This document shows positions 1 through 12,341 of a DNA stretch of 64,000 nt, in pieces (the first letter of the stretch is position 1; each line of letters begins with the position of its first letter). Where the stretch lies: NCBI GenBank assembly GCA_050273025.1, contig CP158636.1, positions 10,540,001-10,604,000 of the forward strand, given 5' to 3'. Made by a program: the position numbers and the translations under genes. The notes under the pieces were generated by a model. It saw only the letters and a list, made by a program, of their open reading frames with translations. It did not search any database and was not told where the DNA came from. The stretch comes from Cenococcum geophilum. Taxonomy: Eukaryota.

Positions 1-3000
1 GTAAAGAACGGCCTAAGTAAGTTTTAGTAATATATTAATAATACACTTTACGAATTCTTTAATATATTTATTACCGCGTATATTAATAATATCTTAATCT
101 ATTTATCTTTACTTTTTAAGCATTAAAAGTATATCTAAATAGTCCTTAAACGCTTATAAGACGCGGGCTTATAATGCGATATTAAGAAATACAAGTTCTA
201 TGCGTCTAAAGTTACGTACTTAGGCCTAATTATATCCTATAACTGTAAGAGTATATATATTAGGTCCCGCCGCGCTTACGACAAGTTCGTAAGCACTCTC
301 AGTCTTTTTGGCCGTATGGCGACGTGGAGGCGGGCCACGTTACAATTGTGCTTGCGAATTTACTGGGGCCAGGTATCATGGATTCGATCCCTATTGGTTA
401 CTTCGCTCTAGTATAGTCTAACGCGCATTCGTGCGATAAGGCGTTGGTGGAGATTCCGATTGCTTACGTTACTAGGGACTAACTAATATGGTGATACTCT
501 TGGCGTTTGATCCCTGTGGAGGCCTAAACGGGCGTATAGAGGAATCCCTGCGAGCGCTCGGGGACGAGCGCGCAGAGGAGAGGGCAATTGTAAGAGTATA
601 TATATTAGGTCCCGCCGCGCTTGCGACAAGTTCGCAAGCACTCTTAGTCTTTTTGGCCGTATGGCGACGTGGAGGCGGGCCACGTTACAATAACGGAATT
701 AAAATAAACCCTAAGAAAATTGCTGCAATTGTAAACTAGGAAAGTCCTAATAATATATAAGACATTTAAGGATTTCTAGGATTTGCAAATTTCTATTATT
801 AATTTATTAATTACTTCTTAAAAATTATTTAGCTATTAATAAACTTAATAAGGAAGAATATAAGATTTAAATGGACTACTAAATATAAATAAGCTTTTAA
901 TAACCTAAAATATTATTTTATAACTGCTCTAATTCTCGCCTACTTTAATCTGGACCTTAAATATATCGTTAAAATAGACTTGTCTAATTATACACTAGGA
1001 GGAGTATTATCGCAATATAATAAAAACGACGAGCTGCGCCTAGTAGCCTTTCTCTTCTAGAAACTTACCTCTACTAAATTAAACTATAAGATATATAATA
1101 AAGAACTACTTATAATCGTTAGATACTTTAAACAATGGCGTCTAAAACTTAAAGGATTGTTATTTTTAATACGCGTATTAACGGACTATAAAAACCTATA
1201 GTACTTTATAACTATAAAGCAATTAATATAACGCTAAATTCGTTAGGCCGAATACCTCTTATAATTCGACTTTAAGATTATGTACTAACCTAGTAAACTT
1301 AATTAGAAGCCTAACTTATTAATATAATAATTATAAAACTTATCTATAAACGCCTCTAACAAACAAATTATAAATTAATTATAAATCCTACTGCCCCCTA
1401 AACGCTTTAAGAAACTACGCCCTATATTTTTAAACGCGGAGCTTAATAGGAATAAGTTAGAAATTAATAAGTGGGATATAGAAATTAATAAATTAATAGA
1501 GCACAAATATAAGAACGACCCCTAGATAGCAGATATAAGAAAAGCAATTTAAATAGGAAAACGGTAATATAAGGATATTACACACACTAAATGCGAAATC
1601 CGTAATAATTGGTTGTACTATTAATAGAAGATAGTAGTCCTAAATTCCGAACCCTTATAATTTAAGATACTTAAATTTATATATAATTCCCCTATAGTAG
1701 GGCATCCCGGCTATATAAAGACCTATAAGATTATCTAATAAGTATATTACTAGCCTATAATGCGCGACTATATACGAAAATACGTTTAAGTATACGAAAT
1801 ATACGTATATAGGAAAACCTCTTATATAAAGAAGTAAGGAGTACTTTAACCGTTGCTAATTCCAATATAAAGATAGCAAGATATCTTAATTAACTTTATA
1901 GTTAACCTGCCTAATAGTAATAGGTTTACGAATATTATAGTAGTTGTTAACCATTTTATAAAAATACGATATATAATTCCTATAGACTTAATTAATACAA
2001 TATTAGTAGCTAAATATTTTATTAAGTACGTCTTTAAGCTATACGGACTTCCTAATTTAATAATATCCGACTATAAAAGCCAGTTTATTTTAGACTTTTA
2101 GTAAGCCCTATATAAGTAATTAAGTATATAAACATAACTCTTAACTATATTTTATCTAGAGATAGATAGTTAAACTAAAATTGCGAACGCGATTATAAAA
2201 TAATACCTATAAATATACTGCTCCTACCTACAAAATAACTGGGAAAAGTGGCTACCTTTAGCTAAGTTTACTGCAAATAATACGAGAAATAAATTAATAG
2301 GTGTAACGCCGTTTTACGCAACCTACGGACAAGACCCTTAACTTAGATTTAAACTATAACCCGAAATTAATATAACAGGACCTATAATTAAGAGGATTTA
2401 ACTAATTAACGCGTATAACTTTGCTAATTAAATAAAGCAGTTAACGGAACTATTACGAAGTAAATTAGTGTACGCTTAAATAGTATAGGAATAGCATATA
2501 AATAAAGGATAAGCTCCCGCGTAGGACTTTAAGGAAGGTAATATAGTTTACCTAAATATATAAAACCTAAAGACTTAATAACCCTTAAAGAAACTAGACT
2601 GGAAGTTTATGGGCCTATACTAATTTAAAAAAAAAACTAAGCCTATACGCTTATAAGCTTAAACTGCCAACTAAAATAAAAATATATTTAACATTTTACG
2701 TAAACTTACTATAACCCTTAAAGGGTAAACCTATAACTTGCGAAGTGCCACCGCTACCTCCTATAATTGTTAACAACGGTAACGGTTCTTACTTTATTAA
2801 CTTAATTAATAATATATAATAGAAAACACGATCTAAATAATTTAAACTTTTTATTAAATAGGAAGGATATAAAATATAAACCTAGGAAACCTATAACCAG
2901 ATTAAGGCCAACGCGCCTTTTTTAGTAAAAGAATTCTATAAGGACTATCCTTCGCGGCCTACTTTAGCTAGATGGACATAATATAAAGGCAAACGACTAC

Positions 3001-3387
3001 TACCTAATATAAATACACGAAATATAATAGCAGGAAGCTTAAAATTAAAAAGAACTTAAAATGTATTATAACGTTCGTGATACGGTTATATAATAAGTAA
3101 AATATTAAGGAACTTTAACCGGCGGTTAAAGTTATCTAATTGGTTAGATTCGCCTTGCCAAAACCTACTATAAAGATGTTAGTTTGGCTTACCGCCTTAA
3201 CTAAGCCAATAGTGATTTTCTATACCGGGTATGGAAAATCCTAATTAGCCTACTTAACGATTAGAACCGGTAAAACCCTATATTACTACCTAACGCGAAA
3301 ACATAACACGCGGTAAGTTATAAGTCTTAACTAAAATTAAATTATTTAGACCTTTAGCTAAAAGGGGGGGTCCTATAACGGGACTAG
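1..3387 (+). mobile_element. Gypsy/chromovirus LTR retrotransposon family A, copy 1 (RIP-degraded; 5' part outside window; 3' LTR truncated)
   Basis: Degenerate RT (tatattaataatatctta ~79, from YIDDIL), then RNase H, integrase and chromodomain-like frames. Colinear with 45010-50700. PPT aaaaggggggg ~3360, then only 14 bp of LTR (3374-3387) matching the LTR at 50685. Confidence 0.9.
244..689 (+). mobile_element. 446-bp TRIM-like non-autonomous LTR element
   Basis: 101-bp direct repeats TGTAAG...GTTACA at 244-344 and 589-689. 5-bp TSD ATAAC (239-243, 690-694). Purine tract agaggagaggg before LTR2. The empty site cctataacggaatt is present in the paralogous Gypsy at ~45337-45350. Confidence 0.95.
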
Positions 3388-4494
3388 ATTAGGAACCTTA
3401 TAGTAAGACGCTTTAATAATATTATAATGTACTATACGGCTATTATAAAGGAGAATTAGAGGTTTAACGTCTTCCTAGCCTATATACGTAGCTTAGAGGA
3501 CCTCTTTTTATATACCCCTTTTATTAATCCTAAGTAATAGGTAGACTTTTGGTTCTTATATCTCCTAGCCTACCTATAAGTAGAGCTTTTCCGACAGAAC
3601 TTCGCCTAATAGGTAAGAACCACTAAAGACCTTTTTAATGAAATCCGCTGTGTAGAGTAATTGCTTAATACTATAAAGCTTGCGAAAGATTGCGTAAGTG
3701 GCAGTAGTAAATTATTGCGTTTAAAACGCGGTCGCAGCGTAGGCTTTATAAAATTAGGTTTAGGGAACAGAACTTAAAAAGGGCGGCACTTTAAGCAAAC
3801 TCCTAGGGAAACCACCTAAAAGCTGGACGGCCTAGGGGACCCCCTAGACGCTAGTGCTACGTACGCGAGTTAAAGGACCATAGGCGGCCACCGTAAGGAA
3901 TACTAGAAGTAGGCCAATAAAGAGAAGTTAGCTCGGCCTTTGGAAAACCTAAAGCCCTAATAGTATATCTCTCTTAACTATAACTAGGGCCTAATATAGA
4001 GGGAGAGAAGAAACGCATTATAGTATATATTGTGATGGATACACCCTAGGGTAAAGTCCGCCTACGTTGCTTATATAATAATAGGTGCTAAATTAACCTT
4101 ATTAATTAAGACGTCGTCTATAGGTTTAACCTGCCTATAAGCTACGCGCTATATTTACGTAAACCTATTGCACGTTTCCTTAATAGTAACTAGATAACAA
4201 TCTAGGATACTTATAATCTGACAGTTACCACTAGCGACTCCTAGGGTACCCCTTATACTATCAGCCCCCAGACCTTTTAGGGTGGCTTATTTAATGGTTA
4301 TAATATAGTCCTTAGATGGGATTGGCTCGCGGAAGCAGATTTATTAATTAGCTTTTATTCTAGACAATTTATCTAGGGTACTTTAGACCCTAGACGCCTT
4401 TAAATAGTTACCCTTAATGCGCTCCTAGCAGACATTAAGACTAGTAAAATAGTCTATTTGCTATGGCTAGAAGATTTCTTCTTTATACCGGTCG

Positions 4495-4630
4495 TAAATA
4501 TAATAGAGGACCTGTTGTTACTGGCAGAGAGTACCTATATAGACCCTCTAGATGTAGAGACACTAGTTATAAACATAATAGAGGACCTACTATTAGCAGC
4601 GAGTATCTATAGAGACCCTCTAGTGCTAGA
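4495..4630 (+). repeat. ~72-75-bp in-frame tandem duplication in the Gypsy B protease-RT linker
   Basis: NIIEDLLL..S.Y.DPL occurs twice in ORF 4458-4649. Confidence 0.75.
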
Positions 4631-7600
4631 GCAGATCACCTGTACTTAGGGGGAAGGTAATTAAAACCCTAAAACTATCGAGTATACTGTAGTAGATCTA
4701 TATGCACTTTTAGTATAAATATACCTGCGAAACGTATGTCGGCCGCACCTATTTCTTTACTAGCTCCCAGAAGCACATTACTACGTAATAGTTACCTTAA
4801 CCTCTATAGACTCCGGCTTGCTAGATGTATATAAAGAAGAGATTAATGTCTTCTTTAATAAGCTAGCAAGTATACTACCGCAGAACTTTAAGTACGACTA
4901 TGCGATCGACTTAGAAGAAGGCAAGACGCTACTATAAATGCTCCTTTATAACCTCTCGCAGAAAGAGTTATAGATCTTATAAGAGTACCTAGATAGTGCT
5001 TTTAAGAAGGGCTGGATTAAGCCTAGTAAGTCGCCTACTGGAGCGCCTATTCTCTTTATACTAAAAGCAGAAGGTATAATGCGGCTATACGTCGACTATA
5101 GACGCCTAAATAAGATCACGATTAAAAATCGGTATCCCCTACTACTGGTTGGCGAACTCTTTAATAGGCTTAGCTATACAAAGATATTTATAAAGCTGGA
5201 TCTTCATAACGCGTACTATAGGATTTATATTAAAAAGGGAGACGAATAAAAGACCGCATTTAAGACACGCTACGGTTACTTTAAGTACTTAGTAATGCCC
5301 TTTAGTCTTACTAACACCCCTATAACTTTTTAGAGCTATATTTAAAAGCTCTAAGGACCCTAGTGGATACTATCTGTATAGTTTACCTAGATAATATTCT
5401 TATCTACTTAAATAACGAGGATAAGTACGTTAAGTATGTTAAGTAGGTACTGCGACAGCTCCGCGCTTAGGGCCTATACGCTAAACTATTAAAATATATC
5501 TTTTATACTAAGAACGTTAAGTTTTTAGGCTTTATTATTATACCTAATAGTATTGTAATGGACCCTAAGTACGTAAAAGCTATTAAGGAATGGCTTAAGC
5601 CTAAGTCCTATAGGGACATCTAGGTCTTTCTTAGCTTTGCTAACTTTTATAGGCGATTTATCTGGAACTACTTGGATACTATATACCCCCTATATATATA
5701 TCTTACACGGGCGCATTATAACCTAACGTTAGATAGGGAGAAGAAGAAGAAGTGGAAGCGTAAGAAAGGGCCTACTAAATGGTATTAACCTTGGTTCTGG
5801 CGTGATAACGCTTAGTAAGCGTTTTATAAGCTACGCGCTGCGTTTATATAGGCTCCGCTACTTCGCCACTTTAACCCTAATCTACCCCTAATGGTGATTA
5901 TTAACGCTTTTAATTATACCTATAGCGGTATACTTCTACAGCCTTTTAGGTAGGGAGATTAACTCCACTAGCACCCGATTGCTTATTATAGTTAGAAGTT
6001 TACTAGCCTAGAAGTGCGGTATAATACGCATAATAAAGAACTACTCGCTATAGTAGAATGCTTTAAGACGTGGCGCCACTACCTTAAACACGCTGCGTAT
6101 GCGACGCGCGTACTCTACGATTATAATAATCTTAGGTACTTTATAACCACTAAGAGCTTATCTACTCGCCAGGCCCGGTACGCTAAGGAACTGGCTAAGT
6201 TTAATTTTAAGATTAAATATAATCCAGGTAAAGTAAATCCCGCTAATATATTATTCTAGCGCCCGGATTATACCAAAGGCTTTAAAGATAGTAGTAAGAG
6301 GATAGTCCTTAATGCTATACTGCCTATATTACAGCAAAAGTTGCGGGTTATAGGCCTTATGGGCGGCCCTAGTGCTATTATACTACACTAGTAAGTAGTA
6401 TATGTATAATATATAAGCGACCCTTATAAACTTAGCGCCGGCGGACTAAAGCGTCCTACTATTCTCTCTAAGACTACTTTAACTGGCCTAACGGCGCTTA
6501 ACCCTAGGGAATACCCCTTAGCCTAGGCTACGGTCCCCCGTAATAACCTAGCGAGTTACCTATATATTATACGTTACTTTACTAGCACCGACTTTACGCA
6601 GAGTCTTATGCTATAGTAAGAGGTAGTAGTAGCTGCCTTAGCTAAAACGGCGTTTATAGAACACCCCCCTAAGTTACTAGTTAATTTTATTTATAGAGTA
6701 TAAAAAAAGGACGCCTTTACACGCTCTATATGTGATTAGTTAACCTAGGGATAGATTCTTACTAGTAATAAGGACCACACCCTTAATAATTAAGGACTTC
6801 TAAGGTAAAATAATAAGGTCTAGGTGCTAAATTGCATACTATTATAATAGGAGATCCTTAAGCGGAATTATAACGATCCTATAGATAGCTATTATAGATT
6901 TAACTATACCTACAAGGTAATCGCGCGGAAGTATACTTAGAACGGTCTTACTAAAGATCTCCGTAAACACCTGGATAAATATAATACCTACTAACGCTAT
7001 AAATCGCGCCGCTATAAACCCTATAGTAAGCTGCAGCCTCTCTAGGTCCCTACCCAAGCCTAGTAGTATTATTTACTTAACTTTATTACGGATCTCCCTA
7101 AGTTTAAGACTCCTAATAGCGTAGAGTATAACTCCATCCTTATCCTTATAGACCGTTTTATAAAGCTAGTGCACTACTATTTAGTGCATAAGATAATTAA
7201 TGCTATATAACTTGTAAAACTCTTATTTAGGGTCTTTGCGTAAATAGGGCCTTTAGATAATATTGTTTTTAATAGGGGTAGCGTATTTATAAGCGAGTAC
7301 TAAAGCACTATATACTACTATCTCCGCGTTTAGCGTAAGCTCAGTACCGTATTTTACCCGCAGATAGATAATTAGATAGAATGCTAGAACTAGGAGCTTA
7401 AGGTATACCTGTGTATATTTACGAACTGGGAACAGTCTAATTAGGCCTCCCTACTTAAAGAAGTAGCCTTTGCTTATAACTCTAAGGTCCATACCATAAC
7501 GAAGTATTCCCCTATTAAGCTTACCTATAGCTAGCTGCCAAACGTCCTAAACGGAGTCCTGGACGGTGTCTAAGACGCCTAGTAAGGTATGGAGGGGTCT

Positions 7601-8510
7601 AAGTTAACAAATGTTAAACTTATAGAAATGTATCTATAACGCCTACGCCTTATATATAAGGCAGCGGCGGCGTTAATAATGTACACCTAACAGCTTTAGG
7701 TAAAATATTATAATCGTCACTATCTAGCTAAGCATTTCGCCGTTAGTAAACGAGTTCTACTTTCTTCTAAGAATATCCGCACGAAACGTCCCTATAAGAA
7801 GCTTAATAGTAAGTTTATAGGACCATTTTAGATCCTAGAGCGCGTAGGGCAGTAAGTATATAAGCTAGAGCTCTTACCTGCTATGGCACAGCTCCACCTA
7901 GTCTTTTATATCTCCTTACTAGAGCCTTATAAGTCACGCCCTAGGTTTTAACCCCTAGTACTAGAAGAGCTTAAGAAAGGTAGCTGGGAAGTAGAAGCAA
8001 TTATCGCCTACTAGGATTATGCTAGATAACCGCAGTACCTTATAAAATAGCTAAGTTAGCTAAATAAGTATAACGAATGGAAATACGAGACAGAACTTAA
8101 GAATTATTAATAACTGCTAGAGGAGTACCGCAAGTGGGATACCCTAGCCTCGTAGCTAAAGCGTAGGCAAAAAGTAAGCGCCGCTACTAAGATATAACCT
8201 ATATTAAAGCGAAGTAAAGGACGTCCCAAGGGATTAAAGAATAAGTAATAATTGTAGTAACTACGGTATATATACAGGGTAACTCGTAGGCAAGGCTATA
8301 GCGTACGCTAGTAATAAAGCTTAATTTAGAAAGCACCCTTCCTAGACCTAGTCTATTACTCTATACTAGCTTAGTAAATTATTTATTTATTAGAGAATAG
8401 GCCTATTTATAACCGCGGTCTATTTAACCGGGGTTTATAACCTACTGGTAACCTACTAGTGGTAACCTATACTAATAATTTATATACTATTTTACGTATA
8501 TACTATACAG

Positions 8511-8748
8511 ATAGCGCGTAAGGCTAAAGTATGGGGTTAGTGGCGGATTTAACGGGTATATAGCCTTACCGCCTATAAGTCTAGCTATATATAAATAACC
8601 TATAACCTACCCGCAAAGTATATATAGCGTTATACTGGTATAGCGTAAGGCTAAAGTATGGGGTCAGCGGTAAATTTAATAGGTATACCGCCTTACTACC
8701 TATAAGTCTAGCTATATGCGAATAACCTATAACTTACCTGCGAGGTAT
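8511..8748 (+). repeat. ~127-bp tandem duplication in the Gypsy B 3' UTR
   Basis: gcgtaaggctaaagtatgggg...tataagtctagctatat...aataacctataac occurs twice (~8516 and ~8643). Confidence 0.85.
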
Positions 8749-10208
8749 TAGCAACTTATTAGCGACCTACCTATATAAGTAAGCTTTAGGAATATTTTTA
8801 ATAGTCTACTAAATTTAGGTAAGCCCTAAATAGACTAATTAGGATTTTCTATCTTAGGAATAGAAAATCGCTATTGGCTTAGTTAAATGCGGGGGAGTTT
8901 TAGTAAGGCAATCTGACCAATTAAATAACTTTAACTGGCGGTTAAAGTTCCTCAATATCTTTGCGCCGCGTATATATACTACCTATCTCTCTATATGTAA
9001 AATTAAAACACTCTTTCCCCTTTAATTTTTTTTCCTTATTAAGGTTTTTATAGGGTTTTATTAAGGCTTAAGTATATAAAGGATTGGGGACAATCCTTTT
9101 AAAGGGGGGGGCATTATTAGGTAAAACCCTAAGTAAATAGTTATATAGTCGCAAGGTATAGGCGACCCTAGGGTAATCTAGGGGTGACTTACCTGTGAGG
9201 CATGTGCTCTGCACGTGCCTAGGGAAAACCCTTCCTTACCTCGCACACAGACTCCTCCTTTTCCCTTAAGGATTTGTCTGTCTATACAATATACCCTATT
9301 ATTCTATTATTGGACTTCCTATCTATATCCTTACCTTATAACCAATATATAAAACGCTAGGTGCTTTAGGTTAACTCTTAGCTTATTTTTATTCTTAAGT
9401 TTAAACCTCTACTATACTAATCTAAATACTACTATTTTATTTATAGGTACTAAGATACGTCTCTTACTTTTCTAGTCCTCTAATTATTTTTCTAGATCTT
9501 TTACTATTATAATTAAGGCTCCCTTAATATAACTTATTGCTTTTTCTATAATTAGGTAATCTTAAACAACTTATTTGTTTAACTATATATAAAAGTCTTT
9601 CTACTTATTATTATGTCGCTATCTATACCACTTTTAGTACAGCTCCTTAAGTATATATAGCCTACTTATAAGAAAGTATCTTCTTATTATTATGTCGTAA
9701 CATCCCTTAGTATATTATTCCTTAAATCTGGTTAGAATTCCTAAATCTTCCTCTTCTTCTAGTTTAGTAAGCCACTTAGCTTTTAATATACCTATTTTAG
9801 GCCTATTAGTAATTCTTTATATAGGTGCTCTGTCCCTTATATAACCTAGTATACTAGATCTTTAGTCTAGTTTCTATTCTTACTATATAAGGATTCTCTG
9901 TCTAAATTCCTCTATAGTTTTCTTTAGTTCGTGTTTTACGCGTAAATCTTTAAAGTTTTCTTATTTCCTAGTTTTAGTTTATTTAATAGTCCCCATTTAC
10001 GTCTAGAAGTTTTAGTCCTATAGGATTCTTAATCCCAAGCTTACTTCTTTCTTAAGCTAAGCTCCTACCTTAATCTAACTAGGCTTTAGTAGTATTCTTA
10101 TCTTATCTTAAGAGTCTTAAATCTTGCTTATTTTACTTTAAGAAATATATATTTATAGAAACTTTCTTCCCATACTTATTTGTTTATTTTTAAACTAAGT
10201 TGTTACTC

Positions 10209-12341
10209 TTTTTTTTTTTTTTTTTTTTTTTTATCCATTGTATTATACTACGTACAATACTGCGCATGCAGCCTTGGGCTATGGCGCTATAGTTCTATAT
10301 ACATAAATCCTTTCTAGGCAGCTTAATATGTACTAGTAGCTATGTCCTAGTAGTTTATAAACCCCTAAATTAGGAGTTTATAGTTTCCTAGTAAAATACT
10401 AAGATACTACAACTACTAGGGAATGAGAAAATGGTAAGAAAAACTATAAGAAATCCTAACCCCTGTCCCTGTCCTTTTGCAATTTATTTCTGTCCTTTTG
10501 CTCTCTAATATCGTTTTAAGAGCCTAGTAGGAGTTACCCCCTTTTAGAATCCTATCTGTTTTATTCTTCCATAGAGTCTTCTTCGCGTACTAGTTTAGCA
10601 GCTTTAAGAGTCTCGCAGTCTTTACTATTAGCAAAGTGTTTTTCTTTACAATTAATGCAAAGAGGGGTGGTATGCTGGCAAGGCCTGCCTGTTATTATAC
10701 AGGTAGAACAGGAATGGTCTTTAGATAAATGTGCAGCTGCACAGTATCTGCAGGCCCTAGTAGAGCACCTGTCTCCTATATGGCCAAATTTTTGGCAGTT
10801 CGTACACTGTGTAGTAGGAGAGACTTCGAGGTATTTTACTACCTTAGTAGCTGTACCTGCAATTGATATCTCTTTTTGCTTAAGGATTTCTTGTCTTTTT
10901 TCTTCGTTCTCTATAGTAAAAACTATAGAGCCAAATCTGGTCTGTGGATCGTGTCTTTTTACACTAGATGAGATCCATCTAGGTAGTCCTTGTAACCTTA
11001 TAGGATTAAAGGTCTCAATTTCTTCTTTTAGAAGCTTAGAGCCTCCTTCTCCTAGGAAAGGTAGGGTAGGAACCCCATGGGCTATAATTTGAACCCATGG
11101 TTCTAGTTTTTGTTCTCTTTAAAAGGTAAAGCAGTTATGCCAGATTTCCTTATATTTAACTAGGAAATCCGCATTATACTCTTCCGTAGTCGTAAGGAGG
11201 ATATTTTGTTTTCCCTTAGTTCTAGCTATAGATGCTAAAACAGGTTTTTCTACTTGCAGTTTTGATGCAAATAGTTGATTGACTTTATTTCGTATAGAGA
11301 AGGTATCTAGAGGTTGGTCCTTTTGGTCTGTAATTAGGACTAGCTTTCTTTCTTGTAGCTGCTTTTTCTTACTTCTAGTAGAAGTAGAAGGAGTAGGAAA
11401 TGGTAGTGACGAGGAGGGTAGAGAGGACGAAGTAGGGAGGTCCTTCTTTAGCCTCTCTGCGTAGGTTTCTTTAGTAGGGGCTACCTCCTTACGGAGAGCT
11501 CTTACTTCTTCGACTAGTCCTTTTAGGACATCTTTTGTCTTTTCTTTTTCTTTTCCTTTTATAAAGGGGTTTTCTCCTGCTAGGATACTCCTTGTATAGT
11601 CCTCTAGCTGTTTAACTTGTTCTTTTTCTTCTTCTTTTTCTAGCCCTTTATATGCCTGGGTTAGGCTTTCTAGAGCTTTTTGTAGGTGTTGTTCTGGAGA
11701 AAGGGGAGGAAAAGGTATAGGTGTACTAGGTGTGCCATCCGTAGTAGTTATTGGTTTCTTTTTTGCAGGTTTTTGGTTTTCTTTTTCAGGAGAAGTTTGA
11801 GGATGTTCTCTTTTCTCTCCCTTCTTAGATAAGCTGGGAGGAGAAAGAAAAGAAGATGAAAATAGAAATCTATTATCATTTCTTTCTATAGGGGTTTCGC
11901 CTATAGACTCGTTGTCGTCACTTGTCTCTATAGGAGGTTTCTTTTTAGGCCTAGTAGGCCTTGGCATCTTGTAGGGGGAGTTTTCTAGTTTTTACTATCC
12001 TTGTACCCTTTTTCCTTACTAATCCTACTAGAGGATTTCTGGGGAGATTAGGTTTAAAGGTAGTAGTAATACTAGACCCCTGGTATTGGTGGTGGTGGTA
12101 GTAGTAGTAGTTTTGGTGTTCCTGTCCGTGCCTCGCTTACAAGCTAGGACCACCCCTAAGAAGAATTTTCTATTGGGGGAAAGGGGGTGAAACGACAATT
12201 AAATCCACCTATAGCTCGCTAAGCAGTAGGAATTGGGTCTTGAAAGTTGGAAAATCGATTGTTTTTGGTGGTAAGATGGGTATGCGTAAGTTTTGAAGTG
12301 CGGCGCTACCTTTTGGTAAGGTTGCATGTGTGGTGAAAGGT
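10209..12341 (-). mobile_element. Non-LTR (Tad1-like) element with ORF1 only, poly(A) tail and 13-bp TSD
   Basis: Poly-T 10209-10232. TSD TAAGTTGTTACTC at 10196-10208 and 12342-12354. A single ORF1 and no endonuclease/RT ORF2. Confidence 0.92.
10561..11967 (-). pseudogene. LINE ORF1 (gag-like nucleic-acid-binding protein, ~468 codons) with one RIP-type stop
   Basis: ORF 11119-11967 reads through one TAA (likely CAA) into WVQIIAHGVPT...EIETFNP...PRW, then the Cys/His knuckles CTNCQKFGHIGDRC, CRYCAAAHLSKDH and CINCKEKHFANSKDC. Stop at 10561-10563. Confidence 0.9.

Larger units (their letters stand above)
3388..9340 (+). mobile_element. Gypsy/chromovirus family B, 5'-truncated, RIP-degraded
   Basis: Protease ~4080, RT (LVMPF..TN ~5290, YLD(D) ~5385), RNase H remnant ORF 6014-6259 (ELLAIVECFKTWRHYL), integrase ~6800-7500, chromodomain ~7985-8140, PPT 9101-9111, probable 3' LTR ~9115-9340. 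Confidence 0.88.

Noticed and set aside
244..344. Pistol-, hammerhead- or HDV-like ribozyme in the TRIM LTR (CGTGG-AGGCGGG-CCACG-TTA hairpin with a CCCGCC-GCG partner; minus-strand CTGAGAG and TCCACGT)
   Set aside because: The pistol-like parts are in permuted order, the linker is too long and the GU cleavage site is missing. There is no GAAA for a hammerhead and P3 does not close for HDV. Kept only as a structured LTR.
378..392. tRNA B-box-like ggattcgatccc in the TRIM interior
   Set aside because: No convincing A-box or cloverleaf.
10655..11092. 145-aa + strand ORF
   Set aside because: Antisense shadow of the LINE ORF1.
11968..12341. Ribozyme at the 5' end of the ORF1-only LINE
   Set aside because: I could not build an HDV or hammerhead fold by eye from the minus-strand 5' UTR.
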